From positions 160,001 to 224,000 of the forward strand of contig CAVZMH010000016.1 of the NCBI GenBank assembly GCA_963776345.1: a stretch of DNA of 64,000 nucleotides. The letters are read 5' to 3'. This DNA is from an uncultured delta proteobacterium. GTDB lineage: Bacteria > Myxococcota > Myxococcia > Myxococcales > Myxococcaceae. The notes below the pieces were generated by a model. The model saw only the letters and a program-made list of their open reading frames with translations, searched no databases and was not told where the DNA came from. The position numbers were made by a program, and so were the translations under genes. This document shows positions 57,899 through 64,000 of the stretch, piece by piece (positions within the stretch are counted from its first letter, which is position 1; every line of letters starts with the position of its first letter).

Positions 57899-58510
57899 TC
57901 AGTCCAGGAAGCTCACCTGGCCCGAGTCGAGCGCGTACTCGGCTCCCTTGACTTGAAGTTGGCCGGCGAGAACCAGGCGCTCGAGGATGTCCGACCCGTG
58001 TCGGAGCTGGTTCACCGAGGCCCGGATGTTGGCCTGCACCGCCTCCTGGACGAGGCGCGCGCGATCCTGGCCGAGCTCGGTGTGGAGCAGTCCCTCGATG
58101 GACGGACGCACCCGGTCGACGATGGACCGCAGGCCCGGGCTCTGGGACTGCCCCGGCCGGGAGAGCGCCTCGAGGGTGGCGTCGATGGCCCCGCAGCGGC
58201 TGTGACCGAGGACCACCACCAGCTGGACGCCGAAGCGCTCGACCGCGAACTCCACGCTCCCCACCTGCGAGGGCGCCACCACATTGCCGGCCACGCGGAT
58301 GACGAAGAGGTCCCCGAGCCCCTGGTCGAAGACGATCTCCGCCGGAACACGCGCGTCCGAGCACCCGAGGACCACCGCGAAGGGGCGGTGGTTGTCGGCG
58401 ACCTCGGCCCGCCGCACCGCAGAGGTCATGGCCTCGCTGCGGCGGAGGTTGGCGACGAAGCGGGCGTTGCCGTCCTGAAGGCGTTGGAGCGCCACCGCGG
58501 GGTCGACCAT
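57899..58510 (-). CDS. Beta-class carbonic anhydrase
   Basis: GCSDARV, FDQGLGDLFVIRVAGN, GHSRCGA. Confidence 0.97.
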   Translation of the reverse strand: MVDPAVALQRLQDGNARFVANLRRSEAMTSAVRRAEVADNHRPFAVVLGCSDARVPAEIVFDQGLGDLFVIRVAGNVVAPSQVGSVEFAVERFGVQLVVVLGHSRCGAIDATLEALSRPGQSQSPGLRSIVDRVRPSIEGLLHTELGQDRARLVQEAVQANIRASVNQLRHGSDILERLVLAGQLQVKGAEYALDSGQVSFLD

Positions 58511-58627
58511 GGGGCCGCCAACCCTGCTGCCACTGGCGCGCCGAGGTCAACGGCAATCTCGGCACCGGGGCGACGGGTTCCAGGCCCCCGGCCGTCGGAG
58601 CGGTCCCGGAGAAGATTGCGCGCGCGC

Positions 58628-59254
58628 TCAGAGCACCTGGCGGACCGCCGTCTCGAAGTCCTCGAGCGGGTGTGCCCCCACGAGGACCCGGGCGACCCTG
58701 CCCTGCCGATCCAGCACCAGCGTCGTCGGCCGGCCCCGGTAGGCCATCTGTCCGACCTCGTCCTCGGGCGGAACGTCCCCGAAGTACCCGTTCACTCGCG
58801 CCGTGGAAGCCGGAACTGCCTTCCGCAGCTCGTCGGGAGCCTCGTCCGAGACGGTGAGGACCACCACGTCGCGGCGGCGGCGCGCGAGCTCCTCCAGCGC
58901 GGGGAGCTCCTGCGTGCATGGTCCGCACCACGTGGCCCAGAAGTTGAGGACCACGACGTTGCCGGCGAAATCGGCGAGCGTTCGCCTGGACCCGTCCTCG
59001 AGCAGCCGGAAGGTGAACCCCCGGGTCCGGCCCTCGAGCGCCAGGTGGACCCCGCGCACGAACCGGAAGCCGAGAACGCAAGGCACCAGCAGGGCGACGC
59101 ACATTCCACCCACGATCCATCCGCGCGCGCGCCGCCAGCCCCCGTGCCGGAGCGCCAGGGCGGCCAGGCCGAACAGGACCAGCCCGAGCACCGGAAAGAG
59201 CACCGACCCGTGCTCGAGCATCGCGGCGAACAGACGGCGCTGAACGTCCTGCAT
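58628..59254 (-). CDS. Membrane-anchored TlpA/ResA-like thiol-disulfide oxidoreductase
   Basis: Two TM segments; VLNFWATWCGPC..E.P; PTT.VLDR.G. Confidence 0.92.
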   Translation of the reverse strand: MQDVQRRLFAAMLEHGSVLFPVLGLVLFGLAALALRHGGWRRARGWIVGGMCVALLVPCVLGFRFVRGVHLALEGRTRGFTFRLLEDGSRRTLADFAGNVVVLNFWATWCGPCTQELPALEELARRRRDVVVLTVSDEAPDELRKAVPASTARVNGYFGDVPPEDEVGQMAYRGRPTTLVLDRQGRVARVLVGAHPLEDFETAVRQVL

Positions 59255-59369
59255 GGCGATCGGACGCGCAGGCCCCGAGGCGATTGCAGCGAATCCGCGA
59301 ACGGAGCGTCAGGGCCCGGGAACAGAGTGCGCCGCGGCACGAGAGGTCACACGGGCGGAGGCAGCGGCG

Positions 59370-60596
59370 GTGGACACGTCCACAGTGGAGGCACGGTACC
59401 GCCCGGGGGCGCGGCGGGAGGGCATCGCCCTCTGCCTCTCGGGTGGCGGCTTCCGGGCCGCCCTCTTCCACGCCGGGGCGATCCGCCGGCTGAACGAGCT
59501 CGGGCTCCTCTCGCAGGTGCGCACGGTCTCCTCGGTGTCGGGCGGATCGATCGCCAATGCGCTCCTCGCCTCTGTCTGGCCCCGGCTCACCCGCCAGGGC
59601 CACCTCTTCACCAACCTCGAGGCACTCTTCGAGCGGCCGCTGCGCGCTTTCTGCGGGCGGAACATCCGGAACGGTCCGCTGCTGTGGGGCCGGCTGGATC
59701 CGCGCAACTGGCCACGCCTGCTCTCCCCGGCCTTTTCCGCCACCGATCTCCTGGCCGCCGAGTACGAGCGCCTGGTCGGCTCGCTCCGTCTGAGCGCCCT
59801 CCCCGCCCACCCCCGGTTCGTCTTCTGCGCGGCGAACCTCCAGACCGGCGTCAACTTCGAGCTCTCGGCGCGCTCCATCGGCGACTACGTCCTCGGGTAC
59901 GGCGAGCCGGGCCGGATGACCCTGGCCGAGGCGGTCGCCGCCTCCTCGTCGTTCCCCTTCGCCTTCCCACCGCTGGTGCGCGACCTGGACCTGGGCGAGC
60001 TCACCGGCGGAGACCCGCGGGCCGTCGCCACCGGCTTCCGGCCCGGACCGCGCATCGCCCTGACCGACGGCGGTGTCTACGACAACATGGGGCTCGAGCC
60101 GGCGTGGAAGACCCATCAGGTGGTCCTGGTCTCGGACGGTGGGACCCCGTTCGAGATCCAGGCCCGGGCCCGGGCGTGGCTCGTTCCCAGGCTCCTCCGC
60201 TCGTTCCAGGTCGTCGCCAACCAGGCGGTCGCGGTGCGCAAGCGCTGGCTCGTCGCCGCGTATCTCCGTGGCGTGTACCGGGGCGCCTACTGGGGCCTGG
60301 GCACGGACCGCGACGAGTACCAGACGCCCGGCGCGGCGCACCCAGCCGGCTACTCCGGGCGGGTGCTGGACCGCCTCCGCGTCGTCCGCACCGACCTGGA
60401 CCGCTTCTCCCCCGCCGAGCAGTCGGTCCTGATGAACCACGGGTGGGCGCTGGCCGGGGCGGCCCTCACCCGCTGGGGAGCGGACCTGGCGACGACCACG
60501 TCTCCCCCCGTTCCGCCCGACCCGGCGCTGCTCGACCCGGCTGCAGCGCTCGCCGCCCTCGCCGAGAGCGACCGGTTCCGGCTCCTCGGCCACTAG
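59370..60596 (+). CDS. Patatin-like phospholipase
   Basis: LCLSGGGFRAALFH, SSVSGGS, ASSSFP, DGGVYDNMG; start uncertain. Confidence 0.92.
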   Translation: MDTSTVEARYRPGARREGIALCLSGGGFRAALFHAGAIRRLNELGLLSQVRTVSSVSGGSIANALLASVWPRLTRQGHLFTNLEALFERPLRAFCGRNIRNGPLLWGRLDPRNWPRLLSPAFSATDLLAAEYERLVGSLRLSALPAHPRFVFCAANLQTGVNFELSARSIGDYVLGYGEPGRMTLAEAVAASSSFPFAFPPLVRDLDLGELTGGDPRAVATGFRPGPRIALTDGGVYDNMGLEPAWKTHQVVLVSDGGTPFEIQARARAWLVPRLLRSFQVVANQAVAVRKRWLVAAYLRGVYRGAYWGLGTDRDEYQTPGAAHPAGYSGRVLDRLRVVRTDLDRFSPAEQSVLMNHGWALAGAALTRWGADLATTTSPPVPPDPALLDPAAALAALAESDRFRLLGH

Positions 60597-60661
60597 CGGA
60601 ATCCACCGAAATGCTTGTCACGCCCCCGGTCCGCATCGGAGAGTTCCGGCGGGAGGGGACG

Positions 60662-61606
60662 ATGCATCCGATCGCACGGGCCCTGGTCGCATTGAGCCTG
60701 GTGACTGCGGCCAGCGCGGGCGCAGTCGTCGAGGAGATTCCGGCCACCCCACCCCGTCGGAGCCTCGGCGCCCACCTCTTCATCCCCCGCGAAGGGGTCA
60801 CCGATCCGTTCACCGCGAGCTTCGTCGCCAGCAGCTCCGGCGTCGCCTCCGGAAGCGCGAACGGACCAACCTTCGACCTCAATGGCAAGCCGCTGAACAT
60901 CGAGGACTACAAGATCCTCTCCTACTCGCAGCTCTTCACCGGCCAGTGGGGGATCGCCGATTTCTGGGCGTTGCGCTTGCGGATGCTGGGCAGCGTCTAC
61001 ACCGGGACCAACACCCCCGCGGTCGTGGGGGTGGGAGTGAACGGGCTGGTCCGCGGCGGCGTGGGGACGACCTTCGGCTTCCAGATCGCGGACAACCTGC
61101 GGCTGGGCGCGGCGATCGACGTGGCCTGGGGTCCATCGGTGGCGGTCAGCATCCTGGACTCGATCCGCCAGAGCATCTCCGCCGGGAGCGTGCAGACCCC
61201 GGTGACGAGCTCGTACTCCACCACCGTCACCCCGACCCTCTCCCTGGCCTGGGCGATCGCCCGCGGCTGGGGCGCCCTGTTCAACGTCACCTACGCCAAC
61301 GGCGTGGTGGAGGTGAACCAGGCGAGCACCGACGCCGACATGTTCATCCTCCAGGGAGCGCTGGACGTCGATCTCCGCGAGCTCGGCAGCATCCCCCTCG
61401 GGATCGCGGCTGACTACAGTGCCGGCTACAGCACGGGGAGGGAGCGCTTCCGGCGCTACGTCGCCGGACTTGGCTTCTTCTACACCGGCCGGCCGGGGCT
61501 CACCGTGGGACTGGACCTCGCCTACCGCCGCGCGCCGCTCGGGACTCACGACGTCTTCGTCACCTCGTTCTCGGGCACCTTCTCGCTTCGCTTCACCTTC
61601 GACTGA
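60662..61606 (+). CDS. Putative outer-membrane beta-barrel protein
   Basis: Signal peptide; alternating beta-strand pattern; ends FSLRFTFD; GGAGG SD. Confidence 0.72.
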   Translation: MHPIARALVALSLVTAASAGAVVEEIPATPPRRSLGAHLFIPREGVTDPFTASFVASSSGVASGSANGPTFDLNGKPLNIEDYKILSYSQLFTGQWGIADFWALRLRMLGSVYTGTNTPAVVGVGVNGLVRGGVGTTFGFQIADNLRLGAAIDVAWGPSVAVSILDSIRQSISAGSVQTPVTSSYSTTVTPTLSLAWAIARGWGALFNVTYANGVVEVNQASTDADMFILQGALDVDLRELGSIPLGIAADYSAGYSTGRERFRRYVAGLGFFYTGRPGLTVGLDLAYRRAPLGTHDVFVTSFSGTFSLRFTFD

Positions 61607-61665
61607 GGGTACGACGAAGGTCTCACTTGGTCTGCACCGCGAGACTGGCTGCAGACTGGAGAAAT

Positions 61666-62263
61666 ATGAAGATCCCTCTTGCGGCGTTGACGACGCTCCT
61701 GCTCCTGGGCTGTGCGGCCACCAAGATCGAGAACACCTGGAAGGCGAACGAGCCGCCCTCGCAGCCGATCCAGCGGTTCGCAGTCTTCGCGGTGACCGGC
61801 TCTCCCTCGGGCCGGATCGCCTACGAGGACACGCTGACCACAGCGGCTCAAGGAGGCCGGGCTCCCCGCCGTCCCCGGGTACGACCTGGTCACCTACGAC
61901 GAGCACCCCTCGAAGGAGGAGGTGCTCCACCGGCTCGAGGAGAAGAACATCGACGGCGCGCTGGTGAGCCGGGTCGATCGACGGACCACCAAGACCGAGT
62001 CCACTCCGGTCTGGGTGGGCGGGGGCTACTCGGTCGGCTTCTACGACTACTACTACACCCCCGTGGCCATGGGCACGTACACCACCGAGTCCAACGAGTT
62101 CGTCATCGAGACCGTCCTCTACAGTCTCCGCGACAACCGGCCGTACTGGATGGCCCGGAGCAACACCAGCCGGACCGACCCGACCAAGTTCGCCCAGGAC
62201 ATCGCCAAGCCGGTGGCGGACTCTCTCAAGGAGTCGGGACTCTTCGGCCCCCCCGGGCGCTAG
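61666..62263 (+). CDS. Lipoprotein (DUF4136-like); frameshift near 61840
   Basis: Lipobox LLGC; R..YED; DGALV; Tyr/Gly-rich loop; IETVLY.L.....W; two frames joined by removing one base. Confidence 0.72.
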
Positions 62264-63045
62264 AAGCGGACCGAGAGGCCGCCGGTGAAGTCGAACTGGG
62301 CGAAGGGAATCCCGCCCGAGAGGCCCACGGCGGTGCCTCCCGTCCCCACCCAGAAGGCGCCGCCGGTGAAGTAGACCGGCACCAGGGCCCGCGCCTCGAA
62401 GCGGAGCCCCACGTTGTCGGTCAGCCACACCTTGAGCCCCAGGCCGGCGGTGAACGCGAACTGCACGCTGTCCGAGGCGCTGTAGGTGGTGCCGTCCTGG
62501 AGCCGGAGCTGGTCGGGATGGATGATCACCATCCCCGCGGTGATCGCCCCGAACGGCTCGATGCGCCCCATCGGCCGGCTCACCTGGCCGCCGAGCTGGA
62601 TCCAGTGCAGCCCGACGGAGGTCGAGTCGCTGTTGGAGACGCCCGTGGAGAAGGAGGCGAAGCGCGCCTTGGTCGGCACGTATGCGTAGAGCAGCTCGAC
62701 CGCGTAGCCGGGCCGGATCGAGTAGTCGATGGTCCCTCCGTAATCCATCGAGCCATCGATGATGACGCTCCCGTTGTAGCTGCTGGCGTCCGTCGAGACC
62801 TGCCAGCCCACGAAGCCCCCGAGCTCGAACTGCGGCGCGGGTGGCGGTGGCGGGGGGGTGTAGGTGGGTGGGCCGTAGCTCGGCTGCGCGTAGGCGGGCG
62901 GTGGAGTTGCCGGCGCCCCGTACGGATTCGGCGGAGGCGTCGGGAGGTAGCCGGGAGGCGGCGTCACCTGCGCCCGGGCGGCCCCGGCGATCAGCAGCGT
63001 CCCCAGCAGCACCCATCGAAACGGCAGATCGATCGTCCGACGCAT
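62260..63045 (-). CDS. Small outer-membrane beta-barrel protein with Pro-rich N-terminal linker
   Basis: Signal peptide; PPPP tract; GLGLKVWLTDNVGLRFEAR; ends GGLSVRF. Confidence 0.85.
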   Translation of the reverse strand: MRRTIDLPFRWVLLGTLLIAGAARAQVTPPPGYLPTPPPNPYGAPATPPPAYAQPSYGPPTYTPPPPPPAPQFELGGFVGWQVSTDASSYNGSVIIDGSMDYGGTIDYSIRPGYAVELLYAYVPTKARFASFSTGVSNSDSTSVGLHWIQLGGQVSRPMGRIEPFGAITAGMVIIHPDQLRLQDGTTYSASDSVQFAFTAGLGLKVWLTDNVGLRFEARALVPVYFTGGAFWVGTGGTAVGLSGGIPFAQFDFTGGLSVRF

Positions 63046-63191
63046 GGTTCGTCGCTCCTCGGTTCAGCGCCACCTTGTCCGACCAGGAGGCCGGCCGCAC
63101 AGTGGACCTTGGTCCCCGGCGGTTGGACCTTGGTCTCATTGATCGTCGCACCCTCCGGCGGGACGACGGACTCCGTGCCGCCGGGGAGAGC

Positions 63192-64000
63192 ATGAGCCAT
63201 CGACACACCGGCACCGGGATGGGACTGGTGCTCGCCGCCGGAGCGCTCTCCCTGGCCTGCGCCCATGCTCCCCAGACCCCGCCCGCTGCCGAGCAGACCG
63301 AGGAGCGGAGGCTGGCGGTCGCCGAGGGGTGGCTCCTCGGAAGCGCCCTGGGCCTCGGCCGTGCCCTCCCAGTGGCCTTCGTGCACGGGGTGGGCGGGAA
63401 CCACCACTTCTTCGACCCGCAACTTCAAGACTTCCGGAGCGGGCGGCGGGTCCTGGCCTTCGACCAGCGGGGCTGCGGCGGGAGCGCGGACGCGCCGCGG
63501 GGCGACTACACCCTGGACACCCGGGTTCGGGATCTGGGCGCAGTGCTCGACGTGGTGCGCTTCGACAGCGTGGTCCTCGTCGGCCACGGGACCGGCGCGC
63601 AGGTGATGGCCCGCTACGCCGAGCTCAACCCGGCGCGGGTGCGGGGGCTGGTGCTGATCAACCCGGTGAGCGGCAATCTCCAGGCGGCACGCGTCGCCGA
63701 CCTCCCGGACGCCGAGTTCCGGCCTGCGCTCGACGGCTGGCTCGAGACGCTGCTCCGGCAGGCGGCGCCGGAGACCCGGGCGAAGGTGTCGGAGTCGGGC
63801 AGAGAGGCCCGGATCCCCGCGATGCGGGCGATGCTGGCCGATGCGGCCGGGACGGACCTCGCGGGTAGCCTGGCCACTTACCCCGGGCCGGTGCTCATCC
63901 TGGCGGCCCCGGACGAGCCGCTGCCCGGCCCGCTCCGGCCGGGCATCGAGACGCGGCGCCTCTCCGGAGGGAGCCACTGGTCGCCGCTCGACGCCCCGGA
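63192..64000 (+). CDS. Alpha/beta-hydrolase-fold lipoprotein, partial; nucleophile Ser replaced by Gly
   Basis: Manual translation: LSLAC lipobox; FVHGVGG, AFDQRGCGGS, VVLVGHGTGA, PARVRGLVLI, GGSHW; open to the window end. Confidence 0.88.
   Translation, partial: MSHRHTGTGMGLVLAAGALSLACAHAPQTPPAAEQTEERRLAVAEGWLLGSALGLGRALPVAFVHGVGGNHHFFDPQLQDFRSGRRVLAFDQRGCGGSADAPRGDYTLDTRVRDLGAVLDVVRFDSVVLVGHGTGAQVMARYAELNPARVRGLVLINPVSGNLQAARVADLPDAEFRPALDGWLETLLRQAAPETRAKVSESGREARIPAMRAMLADAAGTDLAGSLATYPGPVLILAAPDEPLPGPLRPGIETRRLSGGSHWSPLDAP

Noticed and set aside
59370..60596. Patatin as a CBASS or other defence effector
   Set aside because: No nucleotidyltransferase or other defence genes are adjacent.
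56699..60661. N-terminal 1300 aa of the 1635-aa ORF
   Set aside because: Overlaps four real genes; only the part from ATG 60662 has an SD, signal peptide and coherent composition.

Overview
High-GC chromosomal window, most consistent with a myxobacterium (Myxococcota). Supporting signs are an AUC-initiated infC with a C-terminal extension, an FHA-kinase/PEGA/Ig-lipoprotein module and sigma54 regulators. It opens with the housekeeping cluster tRNA-Val, thrS, infC, rpmI, rplT, pheS, with an unrelated gene inserted between thrS and infC. Then come envelope and signalling genes (LPP20/FlgT-N/FecR trio, PilZ, FKBP, glycoside hydrolase, Csp, ACE-like M2 peptidase, GT9, Ser/Thr kinase module). A kdp K+ uptake locus has an upstream porin, two small membrane peptides, a kinase-less KdpD and a sigma54 two-component system instead of KdpE. 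The right half holds a citrate synthase/HTH-citrate synthase pair, an SDR-ACAD-phosphotransferase trio, a hemerythrin/flavin-barrel/GAF-wHTH module, a CusCBA-like metal efflux operon with a Cys/Pro-rich leader ORF, a short peptide coupled to a ferritin-like di-iron protein, and assorted enzymes and outer-membrane proteins. About nine small indels break otherwise intact genes and are probably long-read consensus errors. No CRISPR array, rRNA, transposase, integrase or prophage was seen. Best leads: (1) two copies, 46 kb apart, of a fixed-length 122-bp dyad element with covarying terminal inverted repeats and a centred IHF-like site; (2) a 50-aa Trp-terminal peptide translationally coupled to a ferritin-like enzyme (candidate RiPP-like system); (3) a candidate copper-sensing leader peptide; (4) the hemerythrin sensing module with an 11-bp-phased operator; (5) the rewired kdp locus. 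All family assignments come from motif recognition by eye, not database searches.
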